A stretch of DNA of 56,074 nucleotides, counting the filler, from Circinaria calcarea (lineage: Eukaryota), in NCBI GenBank assembly GCA_051942165.1. It is 2 parts of 2 records of this genome, joined end to end, with 100 filler letters (N's around TTAATTAATTAA, not from the genome) between each part and the next. Parts side by side here need not be neighbours in the genome. Positions count along the whole stretch, not along the records: positions 28,135 to 56,074 come from JAVECS010000061.1; 1 more part is not named here. The stretch is one strand, 5' to 3'. A program made the position numbers and the translations under genes. Under the pieces are notes generated by a model. That model searched no databases. It was not told the DNA's origin and saw nothing but the letters and a program-made list of their open reading frames with translations. Shown here one piece after another: positions 35,520 through 49,513 of the stretch; positions within the stretch are counted from its first letter, which is position 1; every line of letters begins with the position of its first letter.

Positions 35520-36295
35520 CACCGCGGTCTCATCTTCATGCCTGCACCCCGTCACCTCTAGTATCTCACTGGTCTGAACGTTCTTGTGGAGTGAAAGGTA
35601 TGGTGTCTTCCTCGGGATTAGAGCTTGGGATGTTGGAAGGATGTATGGCAATCGATATCGGAGAACATATACTGCTTCATCTCTTCCTGCAGCCAACGAC
35701 AGAGATGCAAAGCAGACAGACAGATATGGTAGATCTTAAAGTTCAAAATGCGGAAACATGATCCTCCTTGGAATCGAATCCGTTCCCATTGTGACCAAGT
35801 CCACTATTATAATGTAAATGACTACATCACAAGACGCACCTTGCTTTTCGGCTACACTCAGCTTCGCCGTTAGCCCCTCCTCTACCCTTACCAGCTTCTA
35901 TCCTCATCGGAGAAGATATTCATGGCACGCATTACCGGTTTGTTACGTTCCGCAACCGTGCACTCTGCATATGAGAAATGAGGATCATAGCAATGTGCTA
36001 TAATAGCAGACCCGGTTCGCGAGGACATGGAGTATGGCTAGATGTAGTTTATCCCTGGCGTCTCGGCGGTACGGGGAAGCGCAGATAGGGTATCGGATCC
36101 ATCTCGAGCGTTCTCTGCTTTGCAAGTTTGCTTCTCGTGTATCCTCGATTTTGGCGGCTTGTACTATCCTCATCCACACAACGGCACCCCCTATGTGTAT
36201 CATACTGCTCCAGATCACTATCGCATAGACTGTACAAGCTCCTCGGCGTGGAAGGCCTCCCCATAGCTCGGGTGTTTGGCGGAGATTATACAGAC

Positions 36296-37801
36296 TCAGA
36301 CATAGGACTGCTCAATCCCCACAGTCTTCATGATATTCAACCGTAGACTCCTATCCGACTGCTCTCTGGAAGCTCTCCAGGCCAGATCCTGAATCATCGA
36401 ACCCTCGCCATGCGCGGTGGTAGACTCGGCTCCCCCACTAATTTTGGTCACAACCGCATCAGCAGGTATTGCAATACCGATGCTCTGGGAACTCTTCTCC
36501 TTCAGCTCTATATATTCATTATCGTGTCCAGTTCTTTGATCCAACCTTGGAGCCAGCCTCTGCGCATGGGCCGAGTGATGGGTAAATTTGAGGATGCTGG
36601 CACTGGGCCTGCGTAAACGACGGCGAGTAAGCACCGCAAGCGTAGGAAGGCAGACGCAGCAAATCCCCGTTGAGATCTCAGCTGCGCTAATAAATGTTAG
36701 TACCATGATCCGAAAGAGGGCTGGGTAACATACGCCCAGAGAAGGATTACGGAGGTATTGTAAGTAGTATCAGGGCTTGAGCTGACCCGGAAGCGAACCA
36801 CAAGACCGACCATGCTGAAAACAGGCGCACTTTGCAATTTCAGCGGAGAATGGAGGTGACATTCACCTCAAAAGATGCTGCGAAAAGAGATGCTGTCAGT
36901 GGCTATGAAATCGACCGACATACATCGAACCGACAGTGAATACAGCTATAACTCCGGCCTTGCGTGTTCTCTTCATTTGCAGATTCCATACTGCTTTCAC
37001 AGGTACTAGCAATATTAATATGTCACTCACAGTGTTAAAGGTGCCACTAGCATTGAGTATTCTTGATATGTCAAGGCATGTTCCTGGGATAGATTTGTCC
37101 CAGATACGAGCCCTTGGGATACACTCCCAGACCTTGACAAAGGTGGTAGTGACATAGAACAAGGTTATGATGACTATGAGAAATCGAATAGCTAAGTCGA
37201 ACAGGCCCCAGCGTTGTGGGGAAAAGACCCGTCGATAGAGCAGTAACACTGCAAGTTTGGTGAATAAGATGGTCGGAGAGTACTCTACTGAGGTGGTATT
37301 GAATAGCTGGATGATATGAGTTATTAGCCTTAACCTGATCAGAATCGAGTGCTTTAGGCTCCTCACAAAAGATAGCTCTTTAACTTGCGGAACGGTCAAG
37401 TCCCACTCGTGAACACCACCGTGTCTCACAAAGGCAATTGTCACGGTGGTACAGTATGTAATCAGTCCTGCCTAGTCTTGGTTCAGCAACTTTCGACTCT
37501 ATTCTCTTGAGACATTCCGCTAACGCCGTGGTACTGACCCAGGACATACAACACATATCTGCAGAGAGTTAACGCATAAAACCCAGCCCCATTAGCAACG
37601 AGACATACAATCCTCAAGAATCCATTGCCGCTTGATAAACACCCTGACATAGATCCTGAGGACAAGCAAGATGGTGGTAACGGATACACAGACTGTGACA
37701 CAGACGATGTTCCATTTTAGTATTGACCTAGGATGAACAAAGTTCGGAGTTACTCCAAGGGGTGGGGGGAGAGCAGATATTGGGGTTGGCGGAGACGCCA
37801 T
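36296..37801 (-). CDS. Pth11-like (fungal rhodopsin-domain) integral membrane protein, multi-exon
   Basis: Motifs ALPPPLGVTPNF, LRIYVR..W.LED, GGVHEWD, FTKLAVLLLYRRVF, ECIPRARIWDKSIPGTC, NTVSDILILLVPVKAVWNLQM and AEISTGICCVCLPTL. Confidence 0.88.
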
Positions 37802-38649
37802 GTCGTCTGGCCAAGGCAAGAAACACAAGTTTCCTTTGAGGAGTCATAGAAAGCGCAACATGGCCTGCTAGGATATCAAGTACATGAGAGCGCGAATTGA
37901 TGGGCCGATCAGCTTAATGAAGCTAATAAGGTGCCTCAAGGTTGAGGGAAGAAGAATGCCCTTATTGTAAAGGGTTTGCCAACTACTTTAGGCTGTCCTG
38001 GCTATATGCATCTAATCGATGCACTACCCCATCGATCGGCACCCCACAACAGCGGGGTCGGGCGGGTATAGCAGTCAAAAGAATGAATACCTCAACCCGA
38101 TTGGATCATCTGCCGTACCTATTCGCTGTGTATCAGTAAGCACATATGTCGATGACTTCCTATGGTCTCTTGATACTCACCATGAATGCCATACCATAGG
38201 ATCTGCTTACGACCTCGAGATGCCGCACTGACTCCGGTGGCCTGCCGGATTGCCATCATTTGTGCAAGTGTGCTCCAAAGGATCGCCCTTTGACAGCAAA
38301 GGTAATGGGTGGGGATCGAATTCGATGGGCCAGTCGTTACCCAGCCACGATGACGTATACAGAAATATCTACTCTCTCGCTTAAAATCTTGAGACTCTGA
38401 GTAGCCGAACAAGAGTCTTTGCTCTGTCCTTTATATACTCCTGAAACTCACTCTTGCATTTCGCAAAGTTCGGACGACATAAATTCCTTCGTACCCACCT
38501 GGGCATGAACCGTGAGATCTCTTTGGCGCTGGAGACGTGACTATAAGCTACCTTTGTATTGCGCCGGCACGGTGGGTGACCTCCTAGCGGCCAGAGTAGG
38601 CAGCCAGCAATCTGCACGGTTCATGCACTCGTTGCCTTAGCCAACTAGT

Positions 38650-38810
38650 TGTTGGCATTCATAGGGCTTACCGAAGCATGTTGTGCATAGGAGGTCCATG
38701 CTCAACACTTCCTACACACATCATAAAAGAACTTTTCTCTACGTAAATAGCTTAGATAGTTACATACTCAGATAGCATGAATGCCACCACACATTACTGC
38801 ATGCTTAATA
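38650..38810 (-). mobile_element. Solo LTR, 161 bp (family A)
   Basis: Near-identical to the 52475-52635 copy. The terminal CTCAACA is mutated to CTTAATA (CpA to TpA). No matching TSD. Confidence 0.85.
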
Positions 38811-39200
38811 ACATGTTCCAGGGTGAATATTGAGATAAAGCTATTGATAATTTGACCAGCCCTGCTCCAGCTAGGAAGAATACGATCAAAGCTCCCGCTG
38901 TAAATTGGGAAATAAACTGATATGAGTTGAATTTGCAACTCTTAGAAGAGGAGGTTACTCTAGATATGGAGGATAGTAGCCAACCCCGTGGTATTAATTG
39001 GGAAAAGAACTGATACGAATCGGATTTGCAACTACTAGAAGATAAGGATGAATTGGAGCTGCAAATCTAATTTTGGGAATTTTAGCCTATAAAACAATTT
39101 GAAAATAGATCAAGATGTTATGTTAAATTTTTTTAATATATTATAAAATAAAGTCCGAGATTTGAGTACTTTTTAAATTTAGGTATACCAAATCTTAAAT

Positions 39201-40960
39201 TTATACATTAATTAATAAAGTAACGCTCGGATCATGATAGTTGATTTTTGCGTAAAAGTACCAATTCGCCACTGTTAATAGAAACATACTAAATAGGACT
39301 ACGCACGTGTAATCTAATATTCCACTAATGATTAAACGGGTTCAGTATATGGGGTGTAGTTATACCACTTACTCATGTTCCCAGCAGTGACTGGTTTTAC
39401 CGTAGGAAAGCTATAAAAGACGAGTACAAGGCATGTCCAACCAATCACAATGCTATTGACAAGCCAGCCAGCCTTCCCCAGGTTGTAGCGTCCTTTTCTT
39501 GGGAGGAACTGCGGGGCTCGACGCTGCCACATAAGGAGGGCTGCCGGGAAGGCAAATGAGACCTGCTCCACGAGCAATCCAGAGCCGACAATGGTATTGA
39601 AAGCTAACAGTAGAGAATCAGCGTCAAGTTGTAAATATCTCAAATAAGCATCGAGCACGAGTGGCTTACCCGTAGTAGATCCAAGGTAGATACACCCGAT
39701 GATAAGAATCCAAAGGGCATTGAATAACAGAGCCCAGACGGGTACATCGCGTTTGGGATCTATCTTCTTGATGTACTTTGACCATATCAAAGCATCATCT
39801 CTCGCAAATGCCCAGGTGATCCTTGAAGCTGCCAGTACACTCCCAAGGAGAGTCAGAAAGGCCACGGACGTCATGAGAACCATGAACACGGTAGTGGCTA
39901 CTCTGGAATCTGTGGCCTGGGCAAAGATCTCGTACAATGGCACCCTATTCTCAGTCAGTACTAGAAGCAAAGAGTAACGGAGTGAATAGACTTACCCTGT
40001 TCGAGTCGACAAGACTGCGCGGATATCGCTTATACAGTACAGCATGGCCACAGCAAAGAAAAAGGCTGTGATAACTCCAATGACCAGGCTGAATATGGTT
40101 GCCAAGGGTACAGTCCGTGCAGCATCCAGGCAGTCTTCGGCCAGATGAATAGCTCCGTCAAGACCGGCAAATCCATAATTGGGGTTGACCAAACCAGTCA
40201 GGAATACAATGCCTTTGTTACTCCATCCGGTTTCATTGATAAATCCTCCCCATATATTACCGCTTGGCTGCTTGGGATTGGCGACGGCTAAGCAGGTGAT
40301 TGTGATTGTGATGAAAGAGACAATCGACACGATGACTATAGCAAGCTTAGTCAATGGACCATGGGTCGAGCAGCATAAGGTTTCTCGCAATACTGACAGG
40401 CAACATCATGTGTCCAGGGCGTTTGTTGAAGAATGAAAATGTCATACAATAAGACGACAATATTCAGTACTTGGTAGAGGAGAAACACATGCCACTGCCG
40501 GATAACATAAGAGTCGTTATAATATGATACGATACCGAGGGTAAAGTGAGCTACCACGACAGTAACGCTGGCGCAGATTGTGACTCTGCCAATGGCGTTG
40601 ACCGAGCCACATGCATAACTCTAAGCCAGGGATTAGAAGTAACAAGAATGCGATCTGGGAGACGTACTAGCCCCCTGCTTATCCTTTTTGGCGCAAGAAC
40701 CGAGGTCCAATGATATTGACCGCCAGCAGTAGGGTATCGTGCTGATAGTTCTGCCAGCGAAAGGGCCGTAGCTCCGTAAATTACGGAGATCAGAATAAGA
40801 CCATAGACAATGGTTACGGGACCCCCATTTGCAAAGCCCAGGACCAGTGTTGAACCCAGACCAAACCAGGTATTCAGGATATTGAATGATGCAGATAAAA
40901 TGCCGAAAGTGCCGATGGTTTTGGGAGGCTTCTCGACCTCACCCCGAGTAATGATACCTA
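39201..40960 (-). CDS. Amino-acid/choline/GABA permease (APC family, HNM1/UGA4-like); 5' end unresolved
   Basis: Motifs ANGGPVTIVYG..SLAELSARYPTAGGQYHW, NETGWS..FLTGLVNPNYGFAGLDGAIHLAED, SRITWAFARD and MNYTCVV. The last exon is 39313-39201. No in-frame ATG was found immediately upstream of ~40960. Confidence 0.82.
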
Positions 40961-42273
40961 AGTCTCACCTTCAGTTGAGTGGTGCACCGGCCTATCTAGC
41001 CTTGATTTGACAGCTCCCGAAAGCTTGATTGAGAAGCACGGTCAGAGTAGCAAACTCCCACATGAGAAATTGAGAAGTCAGAAATACCGCTCTCGTACAC
41101 AGATCAAGGCATGGGTGTAAGCTTAGCATGTTGTGTGAGTTGGATAGAAAAAAGACATACCCTCCGATTGCACCAGAGATTCTTTCTTTGCTTCCTGTAA
41201 GTCCATCGTGAATATAGATTTTTTGTAGATAGATTTTGACCGGAAACAGTAAAGCTCTTTGAATATGTACGTTCAAGGAAATTAGACCCCCACTATGTAG
41301 GAGTTGGCATAATACCGTGATTTCTATCTCGATGATTCCACGTCATCTAGCACGATGGGTCGTCTTGCTTACCCTAGTGACGCTGCACCGGAGCTGGAAC
41401 CAAACAAGGTATGGAACAGCACAAAGATAGCCGAGAATGGTGAACCACTGGACCATTGATTGCTTCAATGACAGCCAAACAAGGCATACCAGATATTTAG
41501 AGATAGCCACCCTCGTGCCTTAATTAGCGTTAGGATCAAACCGAACTAGTCAAACAATTGGACCAAACGGTTTGATTATGCCAGACAAAGCGACATCTCA
41601 TATGAAAACAGACCGAGCTTCCCGGCTTCTTCGGTTTGCTTCGGGTTAGTGCCAATGTTGACATCACCCACACATAATTCAAGGAGCTGGTTCTGGTAGG
41701 TCTAAGAAGATTTAAGCAGGCTTGTGAAACAGCTGATCATCTGACCATCAGTGCCCGGTACAAGTGCGCGATTATGAGGCATCCAACGGGTTGTACAGGT
41801 GGGTCTCTGGAAAAAGAATTACAAATAGCATGTCCAGGACAGCAAGCGTGTGGCGTAGAGCGTAAGAAAGAACGACTACGGAGCTGGAACGTTGAGCAGT
41901 ATCATATCCTTGGCTACAACGTAGTACACGGGATTATGCATCGGATGTAAGACCCAATTACCAGCCTTCGTTGCTGCAGATGGGGGTCAATGCTGCGATT
42001 TTAGAATAATCGGGCTACTGAGCCGTTGAGCCGTTGATTGCGTGCATGATGCGGGTGCGGCTTGTTCCGTTGTAACCTATGACAGCTGGGGTCGACCCAT
42101 GACTTGGGGTTATCTCCGAGTCTTCTAGACCGCCAGAAGACCCTTTCACGCGAAGGATTTCCCGATGGCGGGTCTAGGAAATAGAAATTATTTCGAGGAA
42201 CGCTAAAGTCGACCCGAGCTGTCTAAAAACACTACGAACGAAGCATGGTCACTTGACGAGCTAATGACGTAGC

Positions 42274-42434
42274 TGTTGAGCATGCAGTAATGTGTGGTGG
42301 CATTCATGCTATCTGAGTATGTAACTGTCTAAGCTGTCTACGTAGAGAAAAGTGCTTTTATGATGTGTGTAGGAAGTGTTGAGCATGGACCTCCTATGCA
42401 ACACATGCTTTGGTAAGCCCTATGACTTCCAACA
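42274..42434 (+). mobile_element. Solo LTR, 161 bp, with 5-bp target-site duplication GTAGC (family A)
   Basis: Ends are TGTTG...CAACA. Identical GTAGC flanks at 42269-42273 and 42435-42439. Three further copies lie in the window. Confidence 0.92.
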
Positions 42435-42902
42435 GTAGCCAACTCTGTTTCCGGGTCATCCTTATCTAGCGTTGAGTAAGCCGAATCCCGATAATCTGGC
42501 TTCTATTCAGGGGCTTCAGTGCGAGCCATGAGACTGTTATTAAACTTACTCGCATTTGGTAGCGGATTTGAGCTATAGTGGTAGTAATCCATGTTTTCTG
42601 CTTCAGCATTGAACCTATATTATCTTTATTTGCTCTGAAGTCAGTTATGCCTCCTCCCTTCAAAACATATTCTAACCAAATCTGTTTACTGTTTCTTTTT
42701 AATCCGTTAACTGGATTTCGATGCTCAGCAGGTTTTGCTCAGGTTTCAAACTATTATAAAACCTCAGAAGATTATACTCTTGACACTGTATTAAAATTCT
42801 CTGGTACATGATATATATAAAAAGGTGATATGAGAAGAGTATCGCCCCTATCATTACCCCACCCAAATCCAAGCTTCGTCTTGTAGGAAACAATAGAGTG
42901 AG

Positions 42903-44355
42903 TTATATGGAATCTCTCTTGATACTGCCACTGCGATTCTGGCTATCTTCGATGCCAATATTAGATTCCCTTAATAAATGCCTTGAAGTATTGGTCAACG
43001 GCCTGCTACTATTGGAGTATCGTCGATACTTCCTACTAGTATTTTCTGTGCGAATACGACTAGCCTCGCACAAGGATCGCTTGGGATTTCGGTCACTACC
43101 ACTTAAAGTAGATAAGTGGAAAGTGCCGGAAATCTTTGGCATCGAAGAATCGATAAGCCCCGATTGGATGTTGTTCAGAAAAGGCTTCAAGACTGGGATA
43201 TTGGCAGTTATAATGCTTAAGGTGGTAACGACCCTATCTTCGATTAGCATATAATTCGGTACCTACTCCTGGGTATATATACTGTGCCCAGATAGTGGGA
43301 ATAACATTGTTCCCTATATCATTATAAAGTTAATATGAGACATTTAAGAAGTTGATTTTGACCTACATGTTTGGTCCGTAGCCCACAAGTAATTCGACAA
43401 GGTACAGAGCTGTATGATTGCAGCGACGCAAACTCTATTCCAAACCAGTAAGTTTTTTTGCATAATCGAGAATATACACAAAATCGGTCTCATACAAAAT
43501 CCTCACCCAGAATATTAAGACTACCGCCCATTTATCTTTAGCCTTGATCTGAAGGTTCCACACAATGGAAGCTGGAAAGGTGAGGATGAGCACGTCAGTA
43601 GCCACGTTGATTATACCGTTGGTATAATATAGAGCGCCCTAGATTATCTTAGCCGTATATATCTGTATCGAAGGCATTCATTACCTGATTAAAGCACCTT
43701 CCCGGCAGGAACTTCCAGGGCCGTGGCGTTTGACACTGAAAAGCAAGTGCAAAAACTGCAGCCAAGCCCCACAGACCAATGAACGTCGCGGTGATACGAA
43801 AGGCAAGTAACATTCGTTTAGATGGCGTAAGATATGCGAAGATAAGTATTAAAGAAAATTTTGCCAAGCAGAGCACAAGGATAGAAAGGATTTGGCTTAT
43901 ATAAATGTTCTTGTTGAGCTGTTAGAGTAACTATATAAATAAAGCTATCAAAGATATATTATACAAACCCTACTATAAGCACTGAAGCCAGCCTCGGAAA
44001 GCGAGGTCTGATGTCGACCGAGACCGTTGTTGACGGCAACATGTACGAGTACAGTTTGCACTATAGAAATAATCTGAATATATTAGCGATTGCTTGTACT
44101 CAGTCATGCTAAGATGATATATTATTCAAGACTTACTGCTGCAATAAGGATAATGATATTATCATTACCGAAATTTTCGAAGGCCTTGATTCTAGTCCCT
44201 AGACGCGCAGACACAGAAAGAACCATAGCACATAGTAGTATCCAACTAGTCACTACTACGTAGGGCCCATGATCATTCGTCGTGATTACTCCATGTGGAG
44301 GGAAAGAGCCTCCATTGGACGAGAATGTGAGACTAGACGGTAGAGTATTAGACAT
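42903..44355 (-). CDS. Pth11-like integral membrane protein, multi-exon
   Basis: Motifs TTNDHGPYVVVTSWILL..ARL, GLGRH, LCLAKFSL, ALAFQCQTPRPW..GRC, WNLQI and LSIITANIPVLKPFL. Confidence 0.82.
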
Positions 44356-45497
44356 CTGCTGCGAGAAGTCAAGATTTCAGTGCTGTTCCAACTAGAATTT
44401 TGAGAAGCTATAAACCAAGCAAAGAGTTCTGATATTCACGTACGTAGCGAAAGAAAAGCTCGAAGAAAGCGTTAGATTCAATAGGAATCGCGGGCAATCT
44501 CGCAATTAAGCAATATTTATAATAACCAATCTTCATATCCAACTCTCTGATGTACCATCCGGTCGTGGAAGCAAATCCTAAAACGATCGAATGACGGTAC
44601 TACAAGGCTGCAACTTCATGAGGGTGTGTACCCATTAGATCGACGCGAAATACTGCTGATCGATGGACGGATCCCCAGTGATTGGGCAGACATCTCGACG
44701 GGACTGCAAGTCAGCCGTCCTCGCTTCGCCAAGCCTCCCACGGGCGAGTCATATGGAGCGGACATGCTGCAATGCACTCTTGTGGCTCTGGCAGTGATAG
44801 TGAGTTTTATGGTAGACCTGGTAACGAATCGTAGGTCGTTGTACTATCGCTTTTCAGCCCCCACAACTATCACGTATACTTTGTTCGCTCTGCCGCTCTC
44901 GTATTACTTTCGTGCCACTTCGGGGTATGCCAGATATAGGACTCCGTACGTACTGGTACACCGGAAAAACCCGAAGAGTGTTCCAATCGCATCTCAACTC
45001 GGTAATGACTAGACATGATCGCCGTTAAAGAATTTGAATTTCGGGATTCCGCCGTAATGAGCAAGATAAGACGATGCTCTCGCGAGCAAAATAATTCATA
45101 GCAATGTATCCACGCCGCATATGACTTCTTCTGACAAGAAAAAAAAGCGTCATCCCAACCACCCTTGGCCTACTCCTTTCGCTGCTCGAAAGGCGTGGTA
45201 CTTCGCCTGGACCAGCGCAATTCGAAAAGCGGCAGAAGAGTGATCTCAACACGGCTGACAATGTTTCAGATTCTCCGAGCATTGAAGTAGGATCCTTGCT
45301 CAGAGGCTAGCTACAATTTGACATTCCCCGAAGATTCATTGCTTAATGTTGCTCCCTTCAGTAGAGAGTACGAAGAGAGCTCACACATCTCATGCAATCC
45401 AGTCGATTCTTCTTGGTCTCATCTTACCTTGCTTGAAGGTAAAAATATTCTTTGATTGTTGATTCCCGTTCATATATAGCAAACGACTTAAGCCACA

Positions 45498-47549
45498 ATG
45501 GAATCTCAACAGAGGGAATCGGAGTTGAGAGAGCGGGTTTTGTCGAACACCTCAGGCGAAGATGGTCACCTTGAAGAGCAGACTCTTGATATTGATGCTA
45601 GGACCATGCAAATTATGGGCAAGAGGCAGCAGCTCAAGGTAAGAGTGACGCTCCTGTTCGTAGTCAGCGGAAGTCTAAAAAGCTGATTATTTGCATAGCG
45701 AAATTTTGGATCCATATCAATCACTAGCTTTGCGGCAACCGTGCTAGTATCATGGCAAGCATTTGCAAGGTTGCTGCTCCTTTCTATGTTTCCCTTTCCC
45801 ATGCTTCCCCTCACAGCCCCTCTGATGCAATTTCCTCTATATGGCTTCTCTATACATACTTCCCTATATACAATAAGCTGATGGTCAAGGTTGTTAGCAC
45901 CTTTCAAGGTGGTCTGGTCAATGGTGGTCCATCTAGTCTAGTCTATGGCTTCATCTTGTCCTTTTTCGGTTCACTCGCAACAGCTACCTCATTGGCAGAA
46001 ATGGCATCTATGTAACTCTTCATTACCTACAGAAATATTTCGAAGGAATCTGACATGCCCTGGATCTCAGGTCTCCAACGTCTGGTGGACAATATCATTG
46101 GGTAGCTGAGCTTGCTCCAAAGCGTTTTGCAATAAAACTCAGTTGGGTGGCGGGTAAAGTATCTTGGTTTCCATCCCCCATCGCTTACTTACACCAGTAG
46201 GCTGGGTCTCCGCCTTTACGCGAATAGCTGCCTCAGCAAGTGTCGCCTTTGTGGCTGGAACAATGATCCAAGGCCTGATTATTTTGAATTACGAATCTTA
46301 CGTCTACGAGCGCTGGCATGGCACATTCCTATACTGGGCGGTAATCCTTGTGTCAGTCCTAGTCAATATTCTGGGTATTCGATTTCTCCCATACATCGAG
46401 ACTCTCGCTCTTATCCTCCATGTTCTATACTTCTTCATGCTTCTGATCCCGTTGGTTCATCTTGCGCCACAAAGCTCTTCGATATTTGTCTTCAAGTCAT
46501 TTGAGAACTCAGGAGGCTGGAGTAACAATGGTGTTTCATGGTGCATCGGGCTGATTACCTCAACCTACGCGCTGTCAGGTAAGCATTGATTAACCTTACT
46601 ATATGCTCATTATTGATGACGCTCAAGGTATCGACTCTGCATGTCACATGAGTGAGTCGATTAACTTAAGGGGATGCTCCTGACAGTCATTATACTGAAT
46701 GGTACTTCTTCATCGTAGGTGAAGAGGTCACAAACGCAGCTGTTGTTGTCCCTCGAAGCATGATATTAGGGATTATCCTAAGCGGCGTCTTAGCGTTCGC
46801 CTTTGCCATCGCCATACTTTTCAGCATTGGTGATATAACTGCTGCTTTGAGCACTCCTACCAACTTCCCTATCATTGAGATTTTCCAAAACGCTACGCAG
46901 TCCAAACGTGCTACCAACGCAATGGTTACAGCCTTAATATCTTCTCTGATGTTCTCGACCTTCGGTCTCTTAGCTTCAGCATCACGCTTAACTTGGGCGT
47001 TTGCCAGAGATAAAGGATTGCCTTTCCCGGCCTATTTTTCCCACGTAAGGGCCCTCTTGGTGCTTCAGAAAATGCCTAACGATGTTTCATTAGGTGGACA
47101 AATACTATCTAATACCAGTCCGTGCAATAGGGCTCATCACGGTTGTCATGTTCATTCTAGGCCTTATCAACATCGGTTCATCTACAGCTTTCAACGCCAT
47201 CATTTCTCTCACCTTGATAGGACAGTACACTTCCTATCTTCTTCCCACTGTGCTGCTAGCAATGCGGAGGTATGGTAAGAAGCATATTCCTTTCGGCCCG
47301 TTTACATTAGGTCGTTTTGGGCTTCCGATCAACATTTTCGCTATCATATTCTCTACCTTCACTATTATCTTCAGTGTGTTGCCCCCGTATCAACCTGTCG
47401 ATGCAGTGAATATGAATTATGCAAGTGTCGTTTTTGGGACAGTGATGTTTATTAGCATCGTTTCCTGGTTTATTTTTGGGGAAAGGATATACGCGGGGCC
47501 GGTTAGAGAAGTCCTTGAAAACAACAACACCAGACGAATAATAAAATAA
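45498..47549 (+). CDS. Amino-acid/choline/GABA permease (APC family), multi-exon
   Basis: Motifs MGKRQQLKRNFG, GLVNGGPSSLVYG..SLAEMASMSPTSGGQYHWV, WHGTFLYW, GIDSACHM, SASRLTWAFARDKGLPF and MNYASVVF, with a consistent GT-AG intron chain. Confidence 0.92.
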
Positions 47550-47793
47550 CACTTTAATTTAAACTTTGAACTTTTATTTCACATATAAATGTTGAGCTTA
47601 TAATTTACGCTTTTTTGCAGCTGCGTAAAACTACAAAGATATGTTAGGCTATATTATTTCGAAAATCTTCCAAACAGATCTTGAAAGGGATTTTGTTATC
47701 TACTTAAGATTTCATTGGTTTTAGGTGGCAATAATAGGTGTAGCTTAAGATGAAGTTTTGAAGAGGCCAAAGCATAATCATCTTCAATTTGCC

Positions 47794-48899
47794 CTACCCA
47801 TAGACCTTCTCGTTCATTTTTTCCAAAAATCCCAATGCCGTGATCTCATCAAAGAGCGCTGGCTGCGTCTCGCTAACGAACTGTGGCATTGGCCCCACCG
47901 ACTTCTCACCATTAGCCCGATACAGGAAGATGGTCGAATACCGACTCGGTAGCCTGTATTCATTCCTGCCTTTCCACTGCTCTGCTGTCGAAACCTGATG
48001 TAGACCCGCACGCAGCAAGCCATTCGTCCACCGCTCCAGAGTATCCGACACATTGACGATCAGATCCGACTGCTCATCATTTTTGACGGGAAGAAAAGAT
48101 CCCGGTTGCGTACGGTCCTCGAACTCGAGCCCGCCTTCGCTGTCCTGAATGAGCAGGGTGAAGATCCCGAGATCGGTGTGCGGCCAGATACGTCGTGTGT
48201 TGGTAGTGCAGAGCTCGTGCGTTGAGATGGGTGGATAATGATTGAGGCGTAACTCGCTGGCGTCGGGGCTGGCCCGCGAGAGGAGCGAATCGGAGGGGAG
48301 GGCGAGACCAAGCTCGAGAGCTTCAAGCAGGTAAAGACCGGTTGTATGGAACGCGGTATAGAAGGATTCTACGTGATGGCGAAAATCCGGGAGGTGGGCG
48401 TTGGCGAGCCAGAGGTTCGGATACTGCGGGTCCGAAAGGGGTCCAATGTCAAGGGATTCCTGTAACGCACGGTTTAATGATGAGACAAAAGAGACTTCGA
48501 TGACTCTGAACTCACCCGTGCATCTTTGGCGTCGGACAAGTGCGTGTTGCCTGGAGAAAGTTTCCATGACTTTTCTTGGCTATAGCCGTTGTACCCTCTC
48601 ACCGGCGCCGACCCTCCCTTGTGGCTACAAGTCATCTTTACGTGCACTGGGAGATCAAAAAAGCGTTTCTCCTGTAGAGTTAAAACTTGTTAGCCTCCCA
48701 TTATGTTTGTCAAAGAGAGTCATAGCCTTTAGCGTACCCAAGCAAAGATCCCTTCTATAAGGTCGCTTGAGATACCGTGATTTTGCAGCTTCACGAATCC
48801 ATCTTTTTTGAAGCTTTCAATCAAATTTTCTGCAAATTGAAGACGTTCCGCGCCTGAGCCTGATGTAAAAAGAGAAGCATCAAGCGTTACGGGGAACAT
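47794..48899 (-). CDS. 2-oxoglutarate/Fe(II) dioxygenase (IPNS-like, HtyE/GloF-type amino-acid hydroxylase-like), 3 exons
   Basis: DIOX_N motif GFVKLQNHGI, then ELRLNHYP, iron ligands HTD (WPHTDLG) and H (GLHQV), and the 2OG-binding RYS. Exons splice in frame. Confidence 0.9.
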
Positions 48900-49513
48900 T
48901 GTGCTACTGAAACGAAATGCCAAGGGAAAAGGCGTTCTAAACAACCTTAGAGTACGTCCAAACAAGAGAACCACCCGCTTGGTAGTGTTTCGAGATATAC
49001 AAAACTTAGAATGAAGGCGGCAACGATCTGACCGTGGACTTACACAAGCTCAGCCGCACTAACTGTTACAAAATGACCGAGGCCCTTGTAATTGCTATTG
49101 GGATTAAAAGCTAATCAAGTCACGATCCCACTATCTTCCCCTCGTCTAGATAGTGCAATCAACTAAAGTTGTCCTTATCTGAACTGTGAGTCTCTGAGCA
49201 AGAGGGTGTCGTCAAATTACTCCCCCACTAATCGGAGTGGTTTGTGCATGGACGGGCAGCGGACATGCAGGTTTTTCTCCCCGCTTCAGTGTAACCTGCT
49301 CTTCACTTGCGGGATATACGTGCATAAAAATGAGATCATCAGGCAGGAGATGTTACATTTAACACGCATATTGCAGAATTATATGCCTCAGGGTCCACAC
49401 CAAACTATAGCGATCCCGGAAAGCTCCGATTCACTCAAAAGCTTTTTGACTTACGATCTTTATGACAGAATTTATTTCCGGAGGAGTCGCTCTTCCCCTT
49501 CAGCTTTGCAATT

